Assembly (NCBI GenBank): GCA_017998475.1
Contig: JAGODA010000001.1
Coordinates: 1 to 32,765 of the forward strand
Reading direction: 5' to 3'
Source: Spirochaetota bacterium
GTDB taxonomy: Bacteria > Spirochaetota > UBA4802 > UBA5368
Length of the DNA: 32,765 bases
Within the stretch, counting starts at the first letter, position 1; every line of letters begins with the position of its first letter. The translations under genes were made by a program, and so were the position numbers. The notes beneath the pieces were generated by a model. It had not been told where the DNA came from and made no database searches. It worked only from the letters and a program-made list of their open reading frames with translations. This document shows, piece after piece, positions 26,003 through 32,765 of the stretch.

Positions 26003-26815
26003 ATGAAGGATCTGAAGGGCAGGGTCGCCGTTGTGACAGGGGCGGCCATGGGAATGGGGAAGGATCTGTCGGCGAAACTGCTGAAGGAGGGCTGCAGGGT
26101 GGCGCTCGTCGACATAAACGCGAAGGAGCTCGCGAAGGCGGAGAAGGAGCTCTCGCGCCTGGGTGAATGCAGGTCCTATGCCTGTGACGTGTCCGACCGG
26201 AAGGCCGTATACGCGCTTGCAAAAAAAGTGGCAAGGGAGATGGGGACCGCTGCCGTACTGGTGAACAACGCCGGTATCGTACGCGCGAAAGAACTTCTGG
26301 ACCTGGACGATGACGCGATCGAGAAGACCATCTCGATCAACCTGACGGCCCAGTTCTGGACATGCAGGGCGTTTCTGCCGGCGATGATAGAAAAGGGGGA
26401 GGGACATGTGGTCAATGTGGCATCGGCCGGCGGCATCCTCGCGATACCGAACCTGACCGCGTATTGCGCGAGCAAGTTCGGCGTTGTGGGTTTTTCCGAC
26501 GCGCTTCGCCAGGAGATGAAGAAGAGGAAGCATCCGATCGGCGTGACCTATGTGTGCCCGAACACCGTGAACACGGGCATGTTCGAGGGCTCCACAATGG
26601 TGGCGGGTACGAAGATGCTGAGCTCCGATGAGGTGACAGGGAGGATTGTGCGGGCGATCAGGAAGAACACGGCGATGGTCGCGGTGCCGAATGTATCGGT
26701 GAAGTTTCTCACGCCGCTCACAAAACTCCTTCTGCCGATCAGTATTATGGACCGGTTGAACGCGATGCTGGGTATGGACACCTGTAACGATTCCTGGAAG
26801 GGAAGATCCTGCTGA
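26003..26815 (+). CDS. SDR-family (short-chain dehydrogenase/reductase) oxidoreductase
   Basis: Motifs are TGAAMGMG (TGxxxGxG), NNAG and YCASK (YxxxK). AAGGAGG SD. Confidence 0.9.
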   Translation: MKDLKGRVAVVTGAAMGMGKDLSAKLLKEGCRVALVDINAKELAKAEKELSRLGECRSYACDVSDRKAVYALAKKVAREMGTAAVLVNNAGIVRAKELLDLDDDAIEKTISINLTAQFWTCRAFLPAMIEKGEGHVVNVASAGGILAIPNLTAYCASKFGVVGFSDALRQEMKKRKHPIGVTYVCPNTVNTGMFEGSTMVAGTKMLSSDEVTGRIVRAIRKNTAMVAVPNVSVKFLTPLTKLLLPISIMDRLNAMLGMDTCNDSWKGRSC

Positions 26816-26832
26816 CGGAGAAGGAAGAGACA

Positions 26833-27495
26833 ATGAAAGCGATAAAATGGATTGTGATCGTTATCGGAGCGGTTTTCGTGTGTAACATCCTGTTGACCGG
26901 TGTCAACATACTTCAGAAGGGCGGCTCCTACAAGGGGGCGAGCATGGAAGAGATTCTCGGCGTTTCGCCCGAGAAGGCGACGGCGGCCGATATCGAGCGC
27001 CTCGGCAAGGCCGAGGTGTTTCAGCTGTTTTACGCCGCCCGAACGCCCTCGTTTGCCTCGATGAAGGGTGAATACCGGGCCAGGACACTTGCGGTGGGGA
27101 TAATGGCGGCAGGGGCCGATTTCTTTACCCACAATTTCTTCGGTCCAGGACGCTGGGAAGGAAAGGCGTTCTTTCCCTTCGGGAACGATAAAGGGTGGGG
27201 GTACAATCTCTTCAGGGTCGTGGGCGTGGACGGCAGGGAGGCGATTGTACGAACACGAAAAATGGATACTTTTATCGGCCGGTCTCTCATTGACGACAAG
27301 TCCTCCTTTCACCTGGTCTACAGTCCGTATAATGGAGGCGCGGTTAAATCGATGCGGGACGAGATTCGCATGATCAACGACAGGCTCTATCTGGGGATGG
27401 GGCATATGGCCCTGGGAGGCGGGCCGGTCAATCCGGCGCCGTTTATCCTGATCGGTCCGGCGGAAAGGTGGATTGGGCTTGACAATGACAAATAG
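26833..27495 (+). CDS. GXWXG/DUF4334-like protein with an N-terminal TM anchor
   Basis: TM helix WIVIVIGAVFVCNILL, the motif GPGRWEGKAF (G-x-W-x-G) and a C-terminal beta-rich region ...SMRDEIRMINDRLYLGMG... as in GXWXG+DUF4334 proteins. GGAGAAGGAAG SD. Confidence 0.65.
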   Translation: MKAIKWIVIVIGAVFVCNILLTGVNILQKGGSYKGASMEEILGVSPEKATAADIERLGKAEVFQLFYAARTPSFASMKGEYRARTLAVGIMAAGADFFTHNFFGPGRWEGKAFFPFGNDKGWGYNLFRVVGVDGREAIVRTRKMDTFIGRSLIDDKSSFHLVYSPYNGGAVKSMRDEIRMINDRLYLGMGHMALGGGPVNPAPFILIGPAERWIGLDNDK

Positions 27496-27507
27496 TTACT
27501 GAATAAT
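27479..27507 (+). promoter_or_regulatory. Candidate sigma70 promoter of the AOR gene (TTGACA-N17-AATAAT)
   Basis: TTGACA at 27479-27484 overlaps the last codons of the upstream gene. AATAAT is at 27502-27507. Confidence 0.45.
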
Positions 27508-27532
27508 GTTCATATAATTAATACTATTCATT

Positions 27533-27589
27533 CCACCCGCCGGTTATATCGGGGCACGAGAGTATTGTTTTCGATGCCCCGGCGGGTGG
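27533..27589 (+). promoter_or_regulatory. GC-rich compound stem-loop between the DUF4334 and AOR genes: either the upstream operon's terminator or an AOR leader element
   Basis: CCACCCGCC (27533-27541) pairs with GGCGGGTGG (27581-27589). An inner stem pairs GGGGCA (27551-27556) with TGCCCC (27575-27580) around an 18-nt loop. Only a short TTT follows. Confidence 0.5.
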
Positions 27590-27635
27590 GCCCGGTTTCA
27601 GGTGACTATCGATCGGTTGAATTATGGAGCGTGAC

Positions 27636-29549
27636 ATGGCAAGCAGGTACAGAGGGTATACGGGCAGGCTGTTGCAGGTTGATCTGGGCACGGGACAGGT
27701 TTCCGAATATCATGTGTCGGATGAGGACAGGGAACGATTTCTCGGCGGCAGGTTCCTGTCTACCAAGATCCTGTGGGACACTCTGGCTCCGGGAATCGAT
27801 CCGCTGTCACCGGAGAACGTTCTTCTTGTAATGACGGCGCCCCTTACCGGAACAGGGGCTCCGTGCACCAGCAGGTTCGATATTTCCGCCAAGAGCCCCC
27901 AGACCGGCGCGATCGGCCATTCTAACAGCGGAGGCAATTTCGGTATATACCTCAAGCGCTGCGGACTCGACGGCCTGCTTGTCCGCGGGCGGGCGCCCAA
28001 ACCGGTGTATCTGGCCATCGACGAAAACGGAGTTCAGATAAAGGACGCCTCGGGACTGTGGGGCATGGACACCGAAAAGGCCCAGCACGAGCTTATCGAA
28101 CGCCACGGCAAGGGCGGCACCATCGTGATAAGCCCCGCCGGGGAGCACCTGGTAAAATTCGCGGCGATCGTTTCGCAGGAGCGTCTCCACGGGCGCACCG
28201 GCATGGGCGCGGTGATGGGGTCGAAAAACCTGAAGGGCATGGTGGCGGTCGGTAACGGGAAGATCGAACTCGACCGCCCCGGGGAATACAAGGATCTGGT
28301 AAAAAAATGGACTAGGATGCTTAAGGAGCACCCCGCCACGGGCGAGGCCGCGCCCCGTTACGGAACCGCCGGTTTCCTCACCGCGCTCTCGCTTCGCAAC
28401 GCGCTGCCGACAAAAAATTTCAGCGCGGGAAGCTATAAGGACGCCGCGATGATCGGCGGCGAGCGGCTGGCGGAAGAATTCCTGGTGAAGAACACCGGTT
28501 GTCTCTCATGCCCCATCCGCTGCGGGCGGGTTGTCGTCGTCGACGGGCGGGAGGTGAAAGGACCCGAATACGAGATCCTCTGCCTGCTGGGGTCGAACAT
28601 GCTCATCAACGACATGGAGGCGATTTTCCGGTGGAACCTCGAGCTGGATCTGCTCGGCATAGACTCAATAAGCACGGGCACGGTACTGGGATTCGCCGCC
28701 GAGTTGAACGAACGGGGGTTGTGGAAGAACGGCATCGAGTTCGGGAAGAAGGAAAACATTTCGGAGGTGCTTCGCGGCATCGCCTATCGTGAGGGGATCG
28801 GCGCCGATCTCGCCGAGGGAGTGCGTTTCCTCGCCGGCAAATACGGCGGTGAGGAATTCGCGCCGCATGTAAAAGGCCTGGAGCTCGCGGCCTATGAGCC
28901 GCGCGGGGCCGTTGGCCACGGGCTGGGCTACGCCACGGCGAGCCGGGGAGCCTGCCACCTGGACGGAGGCTACCTTATCTACTTCGAAGCGACCGGGCCC
29001 GTGACGCTCGATCCCTTCCATTACCGCTCGAAACCGGGCTGGGTGGTGCTCGATCAGAACCTGCTGGCAGCCATCAGCGCCGGGGGGAACTGCCTGTTCA
29101 CCTCATGGACATTCGTGCCTCCCGTCGCCTTCAAGGTGCCCGGGAGCAAGCTGCTTTCATCGATCATCACCGGAATCCTCACCCACTCGTGGGCGCTCGT
29201 GGACGCGCTTCTGCGATACCCGAAAATTCTGAAGTTACATCTGCCCATGCTGCCGCATACCCGGGCGATCGAATACGCCACCGGAATGAAAATGGATTTC
29301 GGCACCTATTTCAGGGTCGGGGAACGCGGTTATACGCTGGAGCGGATGTTCAACATGCGCGAGGGGATCGGTGGTGATCAGGACAGGCTGCCGAAACGCT
29401 TCACCGATGAACGCCTTCTCCCGGATAAAAAAGAATCGGTGGTCCCGATGGGGAAAATGCTTCCGAAGTACTATCGACTGCGGGGCTGGGACCGGTCGGG
29501 GCAACCCACGGCCCGGACCCTCCGCAAACTCGGCCTGGACGGCCTGTGA
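27636..29549 (+). CDS. Aldehyde:ferredoxin oxidoreductase (AOR family, tungstopterin / 4Fe-4S)
   Basis: The N-terminal AFOR_N domain has YTGRLLQVDLGTG...FLGGRFLSTKILWD...PLTGTGAPCTSRF. The 4Fe-4S ligand motif is CLSCPIRC (C-x2-C-x3-C). Also present: GLELAAYEPRG and RGACHLDG. ATG 27636 has GGAG upstream; ATG 27624 is the alternative. Confidence 0.9.
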   Translation: MASRYRGYTGRLLQVDLGTGQVSEYHVSDEDRERFLGGRFLSTKILWDTLAPGIDPLSPENVLLVMTAPLTGTGAPCTSRFDISAKSPQTGAIGHSNSGGNFGIYLKRCGLDGLLVRGRAPKPVYLAIDENGVQIKDASGLWGMDTEKAQHELIERHGKGGTIVISPAGEHLVKFAAIVSQERLHGRTGMGAVMGSKNLKGMVAVGNGKIELDRPGEYKDLVKKWTRMLKEHPATGEAAPRYGTAGFLTALSLRNALPTKNFSAGSYKDAAMIGGERLAEEFLVKNTGCLSCPIRCGRVVVVDGREVKGPEYEILCLLGSNMLINDMEAIFRWNLELDLLGIDSISTGTVLGFAAELNERGLWKNGIEFGKKENISEVLRGIAYREGIGADLAEGVRFLAGKYGGEEFAPHVKGLELAAYEPRGAVGHGLGYATASRGACHLDGGYLIYFEATGPVTLDPFHYRSKPGWVVLDQNLLAAISAGGNCLFTSWTFVPPVAFKVPGSKLLSSIITGILTHSWALVDALLRYPKILKLHLPMLPHTRAIEYATGMKMDFGTYFRVGERGYTLERMFNMREGIGGDQDRLPKRFTDERLLPDKKESVVPMGKMLPKYYRLRGWDRSGQPTARTLRKLGLDGL

Positions 29550-29909
29550 TTATTTGGGCGCCTTGATGTCGGCGATGGCCTCGTAGTCCGAGCTGAAGGT
29601 GTTGACGAAGTCGGAGATGCCGACGATGTCCATCACCTTCTGGAAGTGGCCGGTCAGGCCGACGAAGCTCACCTTGCCGCCGACCTCGTTGATGTTCTGG
29701 ATGATGTTGATCAGCGTCGCGATGCCGGCGGAGTTGATGTAGTTGGTTTTCTCGAAGTTGATGATGAGATACTTGGGATGGTACTTGTCCCTGAGTTTGC
29801 CGAAAACCCGCATAACCTCGGCATCCGCTTCGGATGTCATGTCGCCTTCTATTATAAGGATGGGAATGCCTTCCGTGTACTCAAACGTGACCTTATGTGC
29901 GGTAGCCAT
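29550..29909 (-). CDS. STAS-domain protein (anti-sigma-factor antagonist, SpoIIAA/RsbV-like), 119 aa
   Basis: ...LIINFEKTNYINSAGIATLINII...VSFVGL... with the conserved phosphorylatable Ser in NSAG. ATG 29909 has an AGGAGAG SD. The extension to 29978 is unlikely. Confidence 0.8.
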   Translation of the reverse strand: MATAHKVTFEYTEGIPILIIEGDMTSEADAEVMRVFGKLRDKYHPKYLIINFEKTNYINSAGIATLINIIQNINEVGGKVSFVGLTGHFQKVMDIVGISDFVNTFSSDYEAIADIKAPK

Positions 29910-30023
29910 CGCGCTCTCCTGCGAAAAGATTTTTGCGGGTCCGGGCCGTCTGTGTGTGTAGCCTCGTAAAAACCGCATAATACATGGGCCATTTAAGGCC
30001 GACTGTCAAGTATTATTCTTAGA

Positions 30024-32249
30024 TTACACCTTTTCGAGCGGCGTATATTTTTCAAGAAAGGTCTTTCTGTCGCCGTTCCCGAACACTATGGTGAGTTTCA
30101 CGTTATCGCCGCTTCCCTCTACCGAGAGGATTCTGCCCCTGCCGTATTTCGGGTGTAACACGACTTCCCTTGTTTTAAAGCGGGAACCGTTGCCGGTCGG
30201 CCGGCTTTCTCCCCCGGCCCGGGCGGACGGTGCGGACTCCGTCGGTTGGAAAACAAGGCGGTCGCGTACGGGCGCGCTGTAGCCTCCTTCCCCGTACTGG
30301 CGCACGTCGAGTGAGCCGGCGGGTATCTCGGCCACGAAGCGCGAGGGCTCCTTGTAGCTCAGGCCGCTGTAGCTGCGACGCATCTCGGCGGAAGTCAGGA
30401 AAATCCGGTCCATGGCGCGCGTTATGCCCACGTAGCACAGCCGGCGCTCCTCCTCGATGCCGGCCTCGGTGTCGCTGGAGTTGAAATGGGGAAAGATGCC
30501 CTCCTCCATGCCCGTGAGAAATACCACCGGGAACTCCAGCCCTTTCGCGTTATGAACGGTCATGAGGGTAATGGAATTCGACGGGTCGCCCTCTCCGGCG
30601 TCCGGGGACTCCTCGGAGGTAAGGAGCGATATCTCCTGTAAAAAACGGTCCAGGCCGGCGTCGGGGTTGCGGGCCTCGTACTCGTACACGCTGTTGACGA
30701 ACTCCTCGATGTTTTCGAGCCGCGAGCGGCTTTCCACCGAGCTTTCCTCCTCGAGAGCCTGGCGATAGGATGTCGCGTCGATGAGGTCGCGCACCATGGC
30801 CGAGAGTTTCATGGAATCAGGCACCATGGAGGCGGCGGCCATCCCCCGCTCGATTATCGTTTTGAACGAGACGATTCCCGCCGGCACCCTGCCCTTTACG
30901 GCGAATCCGCGCGCGATCAGCTCCCATTCGCTTATCTCCTCGGTGTAGGCGGTGTCACGCAGCCGCTCCACGGTGGCCGCGCCGATACCGCGCGCGGGCA
31001 CGTTGATGACGCGCAGGAGCGCGACGCCGTCGGTCGGATTGGCGATGAGCCTGAGATAGGCCAGTATGTCCTTAATCTCCTTCCGATCGTAGAATTTGAG
31101 GCCGCCGACGACGCGGTAGGGCATGTTCTCCCGCCGGAGCATCTCCTCGAAGACGCGGGACTGCGCGTTGGTCCGGTAGAAGATCGCGAAATCGCGGTTG
31201 GTGAGCGCCTCCCTTTTTTTGAGGGACATGATGGTGCTAACGACGTACTCGGCCTCGCCGTATTCATTGTTGGCGCGGCACCAGGTCACCGGCTCGCCGT
31301 CGCCGCGCACGGCGTGCAGGCGCTTTTCCTTGCGGTTGACGTTGTTGCGGATCACGCTCCAGGCCGCGTCGAGTATCGGAACCGTGGAACGGTAGTTTTC
31401 CTCAAGCGTGACCACTTTCGTTTCGTCGAAGTCGCGTTCGAATTCCAGAATGTTGCGTATATCGGCGCCGCGCCACGAGTAGATGGACTGGTCGTCGTCG
31501 CCGACCACGCAGAGGTTCCGCGTGACCGAAGAGAGGTATTTACAGATAAGATACTGCGCGTGGTTGGTGTCCTGATACTCGTCGATCATGAAGTAGCGCC
31601 AGCGTCGCTGGAGATCGGCGAGGGACTCGGGGCTGTGCCGCATGAGAAGGACAGTTTTGATAAGCAGATCGTTGAAGTCGAGCGCTCCCGAGCGCTCCAG
31701 GCGCGCCTGGTATTCGCGGTAGAGATCGTGGAAATCAAGTCCCGGATAAGCGGGCATGAGGTGGGAAAGATCCGCACCGTCTATCATTTCCGCGCGGTCC
31801 TTGATTTCGGAGATTTTTGAAACGAGAGCGGCGGGCCGTATCTTTTTGGGATCGAGGCGCATCTCCATGAGAATGTCTTTTACGAGCGTCTCCTGGTCCT
31901 TCTGGTCGTAGATTGAGAATGCGCGCGGGACACCGACGCGGTCGCCATATCGCCTGAGTATATACACCGCCGCCGAGTGGAAGGTCCGCACGAACACGCT
32001 CTCGCCCGTCGGCCCGATAAGTTCCGCGACGCGGCGCTTCATCTCGTCGGCGGCTTTGTTGGTGAAGGTGACGGCGAAAATCTCGAATGGAGGAACGCGC
32101 TTCGCCTTTATCAGGTGGGCGATGCGATAGGTTATGACGCGCGTCTTGCCGGATCCCGCTCCGGCGAGAATGAGAAGAGGGCCCTCGGTATGGGCCACGG
32201 CCTCGCGCTGACGCGGGTTGAGTTCATCGAGTGGATCGCGTTGTGTCAT
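30024..32249 (-). CDS. pcrA: ATP-dependent DNA helicase PcrA/UvrD (SF1A)
   Basis: Motifs are LILAGAGSGKT, FTNKAA, DEYQDTN, VGDDDQSIYSWRGA, TVHNAKGLEFPVVF and CYVGITRA. The C-terminal Tudor-like tail is VLHPKYGRGRILSVEG. GGAAGGA SD. Confidence 0.93.
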   Translation of the reverse strand: MTQRDPLDELNPRQREAVAHTEGPLLILAGAGSGKTRVITYRIAHLIKAKRVPPFEIFAVTFTNKAADEMKRRVAELIGPTGESVFVRTFHSAAVYILRRYGDRVGVPRAFSIYDQKDQETLVKDILMEMRLDPKKIRPAALVSKISEIKDRAEMIDGADLSHLMPAYPGLDFHDLYREYQARLERSGALDFNDLLIKTVLLMRHSPESLADLQRRWRYFMIDEYQDTNHAQYLICKYLSSVTRNLCVVGDDDQSIYSWRGADIRNILEFERDFDETKVVTLEENYRSTVPILDAAWSVIRNNVNRKEKRLHAVRGDGEPVTWCRANNEYGEAEYVVSTIMSLKKREALTNRDFAIFYRTNAQSRVFEEMLRRENMPYRVVGGLKFYDRKEIKDILAYLRLIANPTDGVALLRVINVPARGIGAATVERLRDTAYTEEISEWELIARGFAVKGRVPAGIVSFKTIIERGMAAASMVPDSMKLSAMVRDLIDATSYRQALEEESSVESRSRLENIEEFVNSVYEYEARNPDAGLDRFLQEISLLTSEESPDAGEGDPSNSITLMTVHNAKGLEFPVVFLTGMEEGIFPHFNSSDTEAGIEEERRLCYVGITRAMDRIFLTSAEMRRSYSGLSYKEPSRFVAEIPAGSLDVRQYGEGGYSAPVRDRLVFQPTESAPSARAGGESRPTGNGSRFKTREVVLHPKYGRGRILSVEGSGDNVKLTIVFGNGDRKTFLEKYTPLEKV

Positions 32250-32351
32250 GCTTCCTTCCGGTAACGCTGAAGTAAGGTACTATTCGCCGGAGGGAGGCGG
32301 ACGGGCAAGCAATTTTTAGGGCGCCGCCACGCCGCCATGAGGCGCCGGCCC

Positions 32352-32765
32352 TCAGCGGGTCAGCGTTTTCGGTTTCACACAGAGATAGGTGGCGATGAAA
32401 AAATCGCCGTAATCTGCCCGCTCGATTGTGAATCCGGCCCTGTAAAGCATCTCTTCCATTACCCAGTCGTAGGTCGAGTATTCCTCACGCACGTGGCGTT
32501 CGTAGTCGAGCGCCGCCGCCTCGCCGGCGGATTCGCGCATACGGTTTATGGTCCGCTCGATGGTGGACGAGAGCTTCGCGGGCTGGACGGCGAAGACGAC
32601 ATCGCGTAGAAAAAACCGGCCACCGGGTGCCAGCAGGTCGTGAATGCGGGTGAGGGCGATGAGCTTCCAGAAGTCGGGGAGATGATGGAGCGCGAGTTGT
32701 GAGACGACGGCCACGGGGGGCGGACCGTCGTGATTGTAGCCGAGAAAACCGGCGTGGACGAAGAC
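32352..32765 (-). CDS. Class I SAM-dependent methyltransferase, 5'-truncated by the window edge
   Basis: The frame stays open to position 32765 (translated by hand: VFVHAGFLGYNHDGPPPVAVVSQLALHHLPDFWKL...LLAPGGRFFLRD). This matches the post-II/III motifs of Methyltransf_11/25-type enzymes. The GTG at 32714 in the ORF track is probably internal. Confidence 0.75.
   Translation of the reverse strand, partial: VFVHAGFLGYNHDGPPPVAVVSQLALHHLPDFWKLIALTRIHDLLAPGGRFFLRDVVFAVQPAKLSSTIERTINRMRESAGEAAALDYERHVREEYSTYDWVMEEMLYRAGFTIERADYGDFFIATYLCVKPKTLTR

Noticed and set aside
25892-27405. Two long minus-strand ORFs (25892..26833 and 26548..27405) opposite the SDR and GXWXG/DUF4334 genes
   Set aside because: The plus-strand genes have canonical motifs and strong SDs. 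The antisense translations are Arg/His/Pro-rich with no motifs.
32250-32351. GC-rich palindromic GGCGCC pair between the methyltransferase stop and the pcrA start, considered as a possible terminator
   Set aside because: On the transcribed (minus) strand the stem would be followed by an A-run, not a U-run. The stem is short and each arm is self-palindromic. There is not enough support to call a terminator.
1-32765. Search for CRISPR arrays, IS elements or transposases, integrases, prophage genes, toxin-antitoxin pairs, or known defence modules around the two helicases
   Set aside because: I saw no regularly spaced direct repeats and no transposase, integrase or phage-like ORFs. DinG (Fe-S, DEAH) and PcrA (full SF1A motif set plus Tudor-like tail) look like the housekeeping enzymes. 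Neither has nuclease, ATPase or effector partners of the kind seen in Gabija-type or other defence systems.

Overview
GC-rich (about 60% by eye, not computed), gene-dense chromosomal segment with 27 protein-coding genes, one cut by the right edge. The source is most likely a spirochaete. The first gene encodes a FlaB-type periplasmic-flagellum core flagellin (MIINHN... N-terminus, ...[11 protein letters not shown]... core) and guaB is the long CBS-containing type. Most of the content is housekeeping: flaB, a class A PBP, an isochorismatase-family hydrolase, a PyrK-like flavoprotein, an FGGY sugar kinase, a ZnuA/TroA-type metal ABC importer (A-C-B, translationally coupled), guaB, DedA, a DinG/XPD helicase, a MarR-SDR-GXWXG/DUF4334 operon, a tungsten-type aldehyde:ferredoxin oxidoreductase, a STAS protein, PcrA/UvrD and a truncated SAM methyltransferase. 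I found no rRNA, tRNA, CRISPR array, transposase, integrase, phage gene or recognisable defence system. Five parts are poorly explained. (1) A membrane-anchored ~800-aa coiled-coil protein ends in an HTH-like tail; it sits between a TonB-C-like lipoprotein and a 3D-domain cell-wall protein. (2) A DUF4234 gene is paired with a gene encoding a zinc ribbon, a ~400-aa acidic repeat region and DUF4389. (3) A ~1000-aa polytopic protein has a spermidine-synthase-like core and TPR repeats. (4) An orphan 264-aa ORF matches no motif I recognise. (5) Several non-coding structures stand out: an AT-rich island with a 13-bp inverted repeat upstream of flaB, an 11-bp tandem duplication, and GC-rich stem-loops upstream of the AOR and dinG genes. 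Convergent genes here repeatedly abut or overlap at their stop codons with no terminator. All family calls come from motifs read in the supplied translations; no database search was run.
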